Source: Lama guanicoe
Taxonomy: Eukaryota
Assembly: GCA_013239625.1 (NCBI GenBank)
Contig: MU054220.1
Location: forward strand, 1,851,509-1,915,508
Direction: 5' to 3'
Length of the DNA stretch: 64,000 bases
The notes under the pieces were generated by a model. That model was not told where the DNA came from. It did no database searches and was given only the letters and a program-made list of their open reading frames with translations. Position 1 is the stretch's first letter. Every line of letters begins with the position of its first letter. The position numbers and the translations under genes were made by a program. Positions 13,152 to 24,149 of the stretch are shown here, one piece after another.

Positions 13152-13950
13152 CGCGTCCTCCGTGAGATGGGGTACTATGCCCTACGCCGAGATCACCGAG
13201 GGAGGATGAGAAGCCTCTGGGGAGAAACAAGGCGGGGACCAGGGAACGCGCCGAGCCACAGGTAGGCCAACTAAGCCAACTTCCCGCCAAACAGGCTCAC
13301 CGAGAAGGCGGGGGCGCGCGCGGAGAGATGGGAAGTGTGTGCAGGGAGGGCCTCATCCGCTCCCTAGAGAAAAGGGCTGTCGCCTACGTGTTGGCCCTGA
13401 TCTAGTCCAAGTCAGCTGACCTGCCAGAAATAAAGATGGCCCCCGGCACTGGGCCTGCCAACTTGAAGCCTCTTCAGACTCCTCGCTGCCAGGCCTCTGG
13501 GCACCCTGAGACCTGATGCCAATCAAGGCCTTGACCCCGCCTTCCCTACATTCTAATTGGTGACCACGCCCTATCGGGCTTTATGATTGGCTGATCCATA
13601 CAGTTGGCGTGAGAAGGCTTTGCAGAAAGCAAGCCACTTCCCCGCGGTGGAAACCCAGCTGATTCCGTTCCTGGCTTTGCGGTCGGTGTTGATTACTTAG
13701 ATTTCTCCAGCCCCGTCGAATCTCACCTACTCTGCGGAGAGTGGTTGAAACTCGCAGCTTTTAACTGAGGATTCCCCAAACCTGCTGAGTGTCCGCCTAA
13801 GGAGCAGCCTGGGGCAGTGATGACGGGCCGGAGGGCTTTGACTGACCACCGGGGCCGAAGTCTTGTGCCCCCGACTTCAGCCAAAGGCCAGAGCAGTGAG
13901 CCTCATCGGTGTCCCTCCCCGCCCGACAGGATGCACGCTACTTTCTGCGA
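13152..13950 (-). promoter_or_regulatory. DDB2: DDB2 5'UTR and CpG-rich TATA-less promoter with E2F, GC-box and CCAAT motifs
   Basis: CpG-rich; E2F site TTTGGCGGGAA (minus, 13281-13291); GC boxes; CCAAT/ATTGG at 13519, 13556 and 13586. Confidence 0.8.
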
Positions 13951-14717
13951 CGAGCCAGGCAGGAACTGGGGTTAGTTGGGGACTGCTGTCGTTTCCTTCC
14001 ACCCGCTAAGTACAGTGCCAGGCGCTTTGGGATGGTGAGAAGAGACAAAAATGCATTAATGGTAGATCTTGCATTAAAAGAGCTTTCAGACCGGTGGGGA
14101 CGGAAGACAGTTATACAAATAACTCTTGGAAGGAAATGAGTGCTCCAAAAGAGATACTGGAAAAAGCTTTCTTGATGGGAAGAAAGATTATCTCAGGGTG
14201 TTAGAAATGGCAACTACCAGGGAAAAGGACAAGCTGGTACCTTCTCCCCTCCAGGCCCGTAGCTGCGTTTTCAGAGCTGTGTTACAGAAGCAAGCTGGCC
14301 CCCCTTCCCACTGCCCGCCTTACTCAGACCAGCCATTAGTTCACCTCAGCAGGGTGCTCATTTCTAGGGGATCCTGAAGTATGAGAAACGGCCCTGCACC
14401 TCAGTGGTTTACAACCTACTGAGAAGAAAAATACATGTGTGGAACAATTCAAGTTGAACAATTAAAGAAAGAACACAGTTGGTCCTAAATTGTGGTATGC
14501 CAACTAAGACTATTAGATACATTCAGAAAAGATAATCTAATGGAGAAAGAAGTATTTAGGAAAGCCTCACAGGGAGGTGGGATTTTGTGAAGTTGGCTGG
14601 GGGAGAGAGAAGAGCATCCTAGGAGGAGAAACAGCTTAATAAAAGTTAGGAATGGGTATGGGTTATGAGAAAGAGAAAAGCAGCTCCCAGCATCTGGGAC
14701 TATCAGCTAAGCCTTAG

Positions 14718-15200
14718 TGTTCTGTCAAAATAACACAGTTTCACAAAACACCAGCACAGACAAGGACATTCTGTGATCATGATAGATCAACGCAAAAGCA
14801 TGATTGCTAATGTTTGAACATAGGCAAAACCTGAACATTGTCCAAACCACAAAAGTGACCAAACATACCCCTATTATTTTGGCTAGTATGAATGACTGTA
14901 AATTCTTTGCTAATCACAGCTTTAGCTTTGCTCCATCCCTCCCACCTTAAAGATAAGATTTATTGAGACCCAGTCATAGAATCACCTCCATTTCCTGACA
15001 CTCTCCAATCCAGAGCAAAGCCTCAATTCCCTGAACCCTTATCCAAATCATCCAACACAAGCCAATCCTATAAGTTCTTTCTAATGCCTTCGTACAGAGA
15101 TGTCCCACCATTCCTCATGGTATGCACTGCCTGTTGCAATGAGCAACAGACCTGAAGTTCAACTGCTGGTGTGGCCCTGATGGTATTTGGCCTGGGGGTA
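14718..15200. mobile_element. Probable old ERV LTR fragment
   Basis: Resembles old MER-type LTR sequence by eye only; termini not resolved. Confidence 0.35.
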
Positions 15201-17922
15201 TTAATATTTATGAGTAGAATAAGAGGCAGCCTGAAAAGGAGAAAATTGATCACAGTACAGATTTGTGCATAGTAAGAGAGGCCAAATAAAGGGGGATGTT
15301 GAATGGTAGGAAGAAGAGTTCATTCTACTGACATGAAAAACCTACTCTGTTCCTGGCATTATCCCAGTCAAAAAGAATGCTGACCTGAAAAATGCTCTTT
15401 TTCCCCATGGAGTATGCCTTTTAATAGTAAATAGTAATAGTAAACCTATAGCTACCATAGAGGGTGATAAGCTTGGTGAGAGAGGAAGCATTGGGTTCTG
15501 GTGGGGCAGAGGGGCACAGAAAAAGGACATTTGAACTCAGCTTGGAGTGGGGTGAAGAAGGAGCAATGTCAAGGAAATCTTCCCAGAGAAGGTGATGTCT
15601 GGAGAGGAGACTGGGAGAGCATTCCAGTCAGAGGGAGTAGAAAATGAAAAGGTTATAGGTAGCCAGGATGGATTCATGAGCAAAGGAAATGTCCTCCTTA
15701 ACGCTAGCTTTTTCCAGAATCCCTTTTTAGGATGGAGGAGTTTTCCATGGTGGATTTAAAAAACCAAAAAACAGGTGTGAGCAGTGGAGACCTGCCTTGC
15801 ATGTACCAGTAAAGCGCTTTGCCCCAGGTTGTGTGTTGGGCCATCCTTACCCTGGGTTTTGGTTTGTTTCAGCACAAAGCAGCTCCCCAGGAACACTATG
15901 TCATCCATTCCCATCTGATGAACCATCAGGTGCAGGGTGGATAAAAGCCTTTATACAAAATTTTTGAAGCAGCTAATCTGATAATGAAGTACAGCATTGC
16001 TTCAATTTCATGCCATGGAGAGGCTGTGCCACGAAACCCCATTTATAGATGTTTTGTTTCTCTCTGGGACACTACTTTTGACATAAGGCATCACAAGGCA
16101 ATTCATTCAAAAGCTGCTGGTGATAGCAAATCAAGGTCTCGTGTTCACACTGGAAGCTGAGCAGACCACGAGCATGACCCTAAATAATGCCAGTTTCTTT
16201 GATCTGCAAAACAATCTGTGGCTTAGGTGTTTTCTAGAACAAATAATATAGCATGGTGGAAAGAGCACTGTACTTCGACTATGTATGTGATCTTGGGTTC
16301 ATCATTTCACTTCTCTATGCCTTAGTTCCCTATATAAAATGAATTGGAGAGGAGGGGTCTCTCAGATCCTTTCCAGTTTTTAAATCTGTGATCCTGTGAC
16401 TTGCTGTTAAAGATGCAAAAACTAGTGATTGCTTTCAACTCTGGCCTCCCTGTGGGAGGTTTCCATCTAGTAGGAATAATTTCCCTGTTGCAGGCTGATA
16501 CATGACTCTGATTCTGATCATGCTGTCTATGGATCCAAACACCCTGCTGAGTCTGCAAAACCATCCATAATCCACATGGATGGTGTGTGCAGGCTTCCCA
16601 CACAGTTACTGCATCCAGTGGTTTGTAAATGACAGCCTCAAGGATTCTGCAGTGCCTTGTGGGGAACTGAAGTTTAAATTCCAACTAAAGAATTGGAAAC
16701 AGACTGAATACAGCGTCCAGAGTCCTTGTTGCTTGGCATCTCCAATACATATTTAAATGCCCAAATATGAATAGATTTGTAATACTGCTAAATGACTCCT
16801 ACTCTCTGGGAACAGCATCCATTTTCCAAAATATAATTTTTGGTAGCTTTGGAAGTGTCAGACAGCTGTGTAAATACCCCCAAACCCCACCTTCTGCCTC
16901 TACTGTGGGGGATGAGGCACCATCCACGCATTAAATCAATATCCTGTCATGAAATACCATCAGTGCCGGATGCCAGGAAAGTTCTCTAGGCAGCCAGAGT
17001 TGCAGGGCAATTGCCAGATTGCTGAAATAATATATGAATCTGCTTTGCAAACTGTAAAGTGTTCTACAAATAGTTGTTATATAAGGTCCTGGCAGTATGT
17101 TATTTACTGATAAGGTTTGATAAAGGTGGTGAAGAAGCAAGCTCTTCTCAAGAGTTCTCAGCAGTCAGAGAGCCGTCATGGAAAGACTGGGGACCAGAGA
17201 ATCAGAAACCAGCAGCTTGAGTTCTGGCAATGCCTTCTACTCACTTTTTTAATGCCAAAGTTCTCTTCCAAGGACTGCAAAAATCCCAAGTGGCAGAAAT
17301 AAAATTGATTCTCTCTGTGTTACAGCCAAGCCAGTTCCCCAGGAGCGGATGAGTCACATGCTGGTGGGACCGAGAGAACGACATTTACATCCCATTACAT
17401 TCCCCTCTTCCCACTCCCCTCTCCACTTTCCTGCTTTGGCTCCTGTCCCTAGGAGCCAATGTCCTATTACTAGGACATTGTAACTCCAGCATCACGTGAC
17501 AAAGGACTCGAGGAACCTCAGTTACCTTTCTCCCTGTAAAGTGGTAAGCTGCCTGGGTAGCTGTGGTTCTCATTGGTGAAGCCAATAGCCTGGGGGACGG
17601 AGTGTTTCTTGGTACAGATTCACATATATCCTCTCCAACCCTCCAAACTTGGAGTGGCATCACTGCAGGCACATTTACTGTAATTCCCCTTTGTGCTTGA
17701 CTGTCCCTGTGTCAAAAGGCCCCAGAATCCAAGTGTTTTGTCATAATTATGGACAGTCTGGACATTTGTGTTGGCAGCATTTAGGCTACTGATCCACTCC
17801 CCAAAGAGGCACATTTGTGAAACCGGATGAAGAAAGACTCTGAAAGTCAGCCTGCTTTTTAAGCTCAAGAAGCATTGTACTAGATTTCCAAGGCTGACAG
17901 CTGTGGGTTCCTCTAGCCTTGG

Positions 17923-18393
17923 GTGGTGGGTTGAATGGTGGTCCTTGAAAAGATACATCCACATCTAATCCCCAGAACCTGTGAATGATACCTTATTTAG
18001 AAAAAGGGTCTTTACAGATATAGTTCAGGATTTGAAAATGAGGTCATCCTGGATTATCCAATTAGATTGTAAATCCAGTGACCAATATTCTTGTAAGAGT
18101 AGGGCAGAGAGAGATAAGACACAGACACAGAGAAGATGATGTGAAGACAGATGCAGAGTTTGGATGATACGGCTGTCAACCAAGGGACGCCAAAGATGCC
18201 ACCAGATTGCTAGCAGCCATCAGAAGCTAGAAAGGGAAAGAAGGTTCTCCCTGAGAGCCTGAGGAGGGAGTGTGGCCCTGCCAACACTTTGGTTTTGGAT
18301 TTCTGGCCTCCAGAACTGTAAGAGAAGGTATTTCTGTTGTTTTAAGCCACCAGTTTGTTGTAATTTGTTACGGAAGCCCCAGGAGGCTAATAT
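17923..18393 (+). mobile_element. MaLR solo LTR (MLT1D-like)
   Basis: TGGTGGGTTGAATGGTGG...CCCAGAACCTGTGAATG...CTGGCCTCCAGAACTGT...TTGTTTTAAGCCAC...CTAATA, the canonical MLT1 layout. Confidence 0.8.
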
Positions 18394-19120
18394 ACCCAGT
18401 CTCTGCCTCGGGTACTGTGGTTTAGACATTCAAGGTAAAATAGGTGGCCACTGTGGACGTGATTTCAGACACATTCCTATTGTTGTCGAGAACTCGAATT
18501 TTCTGAGCTGTGCCATACTTGGGACGTCACCAGCTATTGTCAAAGCAGTGTCTGCTGGCAGATGGCAGCTGCAACCTTAGGACTTCAAGGTCCCTGAACT
18601 AGTGTTTTGTTGTTGTTGTTGTTGTTTTGTTTTTTTTGTACTCTTATACTAAAAGCTTCTGATCTGAAATGCAGAAATATACTTTATAAGTAATTCTATG
18701 CAAAATTATAGTCAGAACTAGTGTAGAAAACATACAACTTTAAAAAGCATTAAAATAAGTTATCCCTATGTTGAATCAATAGTTTCATTTTAACTGCAAA
18801 CTTAATTTCTTAGAACACCATTTGGGCAGGTTTCTGTATACGTGTATATACTACAAAAACTCCTTATTTATGCTGTTCTTATCTCAGTTGTTACAGTCAT
18901 AGATTTATACTGACATCTGGCTAAAAGCAAATTGTTGTATCACCAAGTGGGAAAATTACTCACCGGTGTTGGTGAGCCCTCCAATCCCACTTCCTAGCTG
19001 TGTCCTAGAGCACATTTTAGTGTCTCTTTCCTCCTTTGCAAACTGAGGAGAATAAGTCTAACTGGACAGGGTTCTTTCTAGGCTGAAGTGACCAAGTGCT
19101 GAGCAGAATGCATGGTATTC

Positions 19121-19593
19121 TGTTACTGGCTCAGGTCCTTGGACTCTTTAATCAATAGAAATTGATAAGGGACTGGACAGGGAATGCAGGCAAGGCTTTA
19201 ATGGCACTTGTGCTGCAGCAGAAGGGAGAAAAACAAGTTCCATGGTGCTCTCCAAGGAGGGTAGGCTGGTTCCTTAAATGAGGTGAGGTTAGGGGCAGAT
19301 CGTGGGTTGGGCCAGAGGGATGGCTTAGGTCGTCTGCCCACACCCTTGGTGCTGCTTTGTGCAGAGATCATGCACAGTACCCTGCTTTTACTCCCTCAGA
19401 ATTGGCATTTGGTTTGTGGCCTTTTTGTATCTTACTGTTCATAACCGCCCTGACTACACATGCATGCAGTTATTTTCAGTCCCTTATAGTTTCTTTGTAT
19501 TCTGTTGCTCAAGTTGATGAGGAGATGTTTGTCCTGGTGCAAGTGCAAGCACTCCAGTAAAGGGCCCCAGGTCTCAGGTCCCAGCCTATCTCA
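19121..19593 (-). mobile_element. ERV solo LTR (473 bp, ERV1-type 4-bp TSD)
   Basis: TG...CA termini; TSD ATTC at 19117-19120 and 19594-19597; ATTAAA on minus at 19197-19202. Confidence 0.75.
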
Positions 19594-20380
19594 ATTCCAT
19601 GGATGCTCCATACACCTGCACTCCCATGCTCCCCCTCCACCACCTCGGCCCAGCTCACCTCAGGCACAGAGTTCCTGTTCTGAGGTTGAGTTGCATGGTT
19701 TCTCTACTCTCTCCCAGGTCTCGGGCTCATCTATGAGGTCCAGAATAGTGCCTGGCCCTGCCTTCTTGACACCTACACTTGGCCCTCACTTCAACATCTC
19801 AAATCTAACACATCCCAGAGTGAAGTCTTGGCCTTCCCCTCTTTTCCTGTCTCTTTCACATTTTCCCCATCCCAGTAAATGACACATCCACGGAGATACT
19901 CAAGCCAAAAACCAGGGAGTCATTTTTACTTTGTTTTAATCTATTTTTAGTTTTCAGCTTCTCATTTTGAAATAATTCCAGACTTCCAAAGAGTTGCAAA
20001 AAGGTTACAAAGAATTTAAATATACTCTTCGTTAATCCCCCAAATGTTACGTCATACATAATGACAATATAAGGATCTAGATGAGGAAATGCACACTAAT
20101 GTCACTTATTTAATCAACAAACTTTATTTAAATTTTGCCAAGTGTCCCACTAATGTCCTACTCTGGTCCAGAGTCCAATCCAAGGTCATGGGAGGGAGTC
20201 ATTTTGAAATGTTTCTCCCCGTACCATCCACATTTAACCCATCATCAAATTCTATTGATTCTCTCCCCCAGATAATTCTTCAGTCCGTGCACTGGGCACC
20301 TCCACCACTATCACTGAGAACAAGCCCCTATCATCACACTTGATGACTGCAGCAGCCTCCTCATTCATCTCCCTCTAATG

Positions 20381-20713
20381 CAGGAATCAGCATAGTTTTT
20401 GTGTAAAGGGCTTGACAGTAAATATTTTAGGCTTTGCAGGCATGAAATCTCCAACCCAACTACTCCACTAGGCCATTGCAGTGCCAAAGCAGCCATAGAC
20501 AGTTTGGAAGCAAATGAGCATGGCTGTGTGCCCATAAGACTTTATTGAAAATGTTAATTCAATAAATAATTGAAATGATTGACACAACTTGAATTCCTTA
20601 TAATCTTCATGTATCACAAAGTATTCTTCTTTTGATTCTTTTCAACCACTTAACAATGTAAAAAGCATTCTTAGCTTGTGGGCCATCCAGGCTTACAGTT
20701 TGCTGATCTCCTG
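20381..20713. mobile_element. hAT-Charlie MITE (MER58-like)
   Basis: TIRs CAGGAATCAGCA / TGCTGATCTCCTG; 8-bp TSD CTCTAAT(G/C) at 20373-20380 and 20714-20721. Confidence 0.8.
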
Positions 20714-21128
20714 CTCTAATCTGTTCTTCACACAACATCCAGAAAGACATTCAGGTCTCTCTTCTGTTTAAATTCTGCACTCGGAATAAAACAAAGCCCG
20801 CAGTGTCTGGGTGCTGCCTGCTCCTCTTACCCCATCTCTCATCCTGTCACTCTCCACGCCCTACCCACTATGACCTTCTTTCCCAGGTCAAGTTCTCATT
20901 TCAAGTCTTTGCACATATCAGTCCTCCTACCTGGAATGCTGCCTTCTAGTTTCCCTATTGACCTACCTAACTTCCATTTGTCTTTTGGGTCTTTGGGGCC
21001 TTTTTGGGTAGCGATGCTTAAACTTCCCAAGAGAGAATTTCTCTGACCCTCCCCCAGTTGAAATTATGCTCCCCCATTAGTTCTCTAAGAGCACTATATG
21101 TTTCTTTCCCCTTTAAAATACATATCAC

Positions 21129-21243
21129 GAGGGAGGGAATAGCTCAAGTGGTAGAGTGCATGCTTAGCATATATATGGTCCTGGGTTTAATCCTCAGTAC
21201 CTCCTCTGAAGATAAATAAACCTTATTACGTTACCGCTCCTCC
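21129..21243 (+). mobile_element. tRNA-derived SINE (Vic-1-like)
   Basis: A/B boxes; TSD AAATACATATCAC at 21116-21128 and 21244-21256. Confidence 0.85.
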
Positions 21244-22099
21244 AAATACATATCACAATTTGAAATTATGTATTCAGGCTTTTTTTTGACTGTAGTGGAA
21301 AACTCCACACAGTCAGGGGCCATGTCTGCTTTGTTTGCACTGTGGACCAAGCACCCAGCATAGTGTTGGCATAATGAGTCTTCCCTGAAAGTCAGCTAGA
21401 TTAGTGAATCCTCCGGTAGAACTTCTCTTCCACCAAAAAAGAGACCCCCAGCGGATGCCAGTGAAGGGCCCCCAGTGAACCAGGCGGGCTTCCTGAGCAG
21501 AAACCTCGCCTACCAAGCTGAATCATGGACTATGCAACGGTACCTTCCAAAGAATCTGCCCCAGGCAAATTCCTGACCCTGGAGAAGCTTTCTCTATACT
21601 CCTGGCTCTGAAACCTGCTACACATTTTCACTCTAATGCCATCCATCTGCTTTTCTTTCTGTGTTCCAACCCAGAAACAGCCTCCCCCACAGAGGTTAAA
21701 CTTTCTCAATAACTCGGACCAGTTCTTCCACCTGGGGTTGCCTGAGATCTTACAAACATAGCTGTTGAATCTGAATACTTTACTCAGCTGCCTGTCAGGA
21801 ATGCTGGGGCAATGTCCAGAGGCCACGGAGAGAAACAGCAAGCCTTCAGAGGAGATAAACCCTGCCTGCAGCCCTCTGCCTGCTCTAATCTATACTCTGA
21901 AGGGCTGCCAGAGTTATCTTTTAAAAGGATTAATCTTATCTAGCCCCTTCCTTTCACACTTCTCACTGCCTATAGGACAAAGTCCAAACTCCTCAGCCCA
22001 TCTTGCAAACCTTCACCATTCAGTCCCAAGCCATCTTTCCGGCCTCATCTTTCATATGCCTCCACCCCATCCTAAACTCAATATTCTAGATATTCTAGT

Positions 22100-22292
22100 C
22101 TGGAACTGTCCAAAACAGTTGCCACTAGCCACAGGTAGCTGTTTAAAATTAAATTAATTAAAATTCAGTTCCTCAATAACACTGGCCACATTTCAAGTGC
22201 TCAATAGCCACATGTGGCTAGTGGCTACCATGTTGGACAGCATAACAATAGAACTTTTCCAGTGTAAAAAATTCTATTTGGACAGCATTGTT
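22100..22292. mobile_element. hAT MITE (MER3/MER33-like)
   Basis: CTGTCCAA...GCCACTAGCCAC...GTGGCTAGTGGC...TTGGACAG internal inverted repeats. Confidence 0.7.
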
Positions 22293-24149
22293 TTAGACAA
22301 TAAGACTCATCACCATTTTCTAAAACAAAACTCTTTAATTATACAATTTATACCTAAGTACATTCTCATTGTTAATTTTCAAACATTACAAAAATCTCCT
22401 TTACCAACTGTCTCTAGACAGAATCACCAAAATCAGTTTGGTGTATATTCTCTGAATATTTTGAGTGCTCTGCACTTTGCTATTTTCATTCAACAGTGTC
22501 TTAGAGGTCTTCATATAAGAAGACATCTCTATCCACCCTGTGCTTTAGTTGTTGCAGAGTAATCCCTAGCATGAATGAACTTTAGGTTATTCAACCATTG
22601 CCCTCTTGATGGACATTTGTTTCCAGTTTTTCCCTTATTGTAAACAATACTCTCTGCAAACATCCTTGTACCTTTTTCTGGACTTGTTCACATTTGTCTA
22701 GGGTAGATACCAAAAAGTGGAACTGCTGGGTCACCAAGTCATATGCTAACACCTCTGGGGCTTGGCACACCCTGGCACTCCCGCCTAGAATGCCTCTCCA
22801 CATGACTAATTCCTGCTCATCAAGACGAATCAAGTGTCATCATCTGGTGAAAAGTGGTCTCCTGCTTCTGTTTCTCCATAGTACTTCATGTCCATATTGT
22901 ATCATTATTGTCCACTTAGGGCTGTGCCTTATTTATCTTTGTATTTTCAACACCCAGCATAGGGCTTAGCATAAAACAAAAATTCAGATGTTTTCTTGAC
23001 TGGATGAATGAATGACTAAGTAAATAAACAAATGAAGGTACAGTGGTTAGGACATTCCAGAAACTCAAGGTGAGTGAGCCTGAATATTGTGAACTTGGGC
23101 TTTAGACCAATCTGCCACTTGGTGCCTCAAGCCAAGCTGTCTCTCTGGGTTTCTGTCTATCCAGTCCTCTGACCTCGGGCATCTCATCTTGAACTCTGTT
23201 CAAGTAGGGTACCTCACAGTTGGAGCCATTTGAGTGTACAAGGCTCTGGCCCCAGAGTACAGAAATCTGAGTCCTGGGCAGCACTAGCAGGGGGTTGGCT
23301 TTCCAAAGTCAGCTCTGTCTCCTTTCACTCTTGAAGCATCTCAGTATGCTCTGGGTTTTGGTTTATTTTTTTCTCCCTACAGTACCTTAGGGGCAATTAA
23401 GATTAGCGGCAACATTTCTGCTGTCTGCCTCCAGATTTGAACCCAAGGGAAGCCAGATGTTTTCCACTCAGCGTTCCCTTCTCCTTGTGGTCGGATGAAC
23501 AGCCCTGTTTTCTGAGTCTCTCTACGGCTTGGCTGCCCCAGATCCCAGGGCTTGGCTTTCAGCCTTTATTTTTAATAGGGTTTTAATAGGTGGCTCCTGT
23601 AATTAATTTCATTCTTGTGTTTTTCACACTTTCTGTCCAGGTGCCTCAAGGCCCCGGGGCACTAGGTGGGATGTTAACTGATTTTGAATAATACAAAACA
23701 CTATAGCTGTCATTAGATATTACCTCAGCTCCTCTTATTTGCAGTTGTTCTACAATCATTAATTAGCTGGGGCACATGCCTGTTTGGGAGGTCAGCCCAG
23801 TCACTTGTCATGTTTCATAGAAGGAGAAACAGAGACATGGAGAAAAGGGACTTTTCCAAGTCCCAACAGAGAGTGGGTGTTGAAACTTGTTTTAGAAGCT
23901 ACATCCTGCTGGGTACACACCCTGTGAGTGTCAAGACAAGGATCCCCTACTCAGGTAGGATTGGCTAAAGGAGGCGCGTCTTGGGTGCCCCCACAGGCGG
24001 TTTCACCCTCCCACTAGGACTGCGGAGCAAATCAGCCCTCAGCAGCTAAGACTACCACCTGAAATTACCCCCATTCATTCTCTCAGGCCTCTTTTTCATT
24101 TTATGAGCGGATTTATCTGCACAAAGAAGGCGTCCGTGACTCCTCCCGG

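Noticed and set aside
13556..13568. ERSE-II-like ATTGG-TGA-CCACG in the DDB2 promoter
   Set aside because: The spacer is 3 nt, whereas ERSE-II has 1 nt
16600..16880. Faint resemblance of broken plus-strand frames (SPCCLA...SLGTA) to nucleotidyltransferase-fold proteins
   Set aside because: Too weak to support by eye; needs a profile search
692..21243. tRNA genes (A/B-box sequences)
   Set aside because: They have A-rich tails and TSDs, and no intact cloverleaf was evident: these are SINEs
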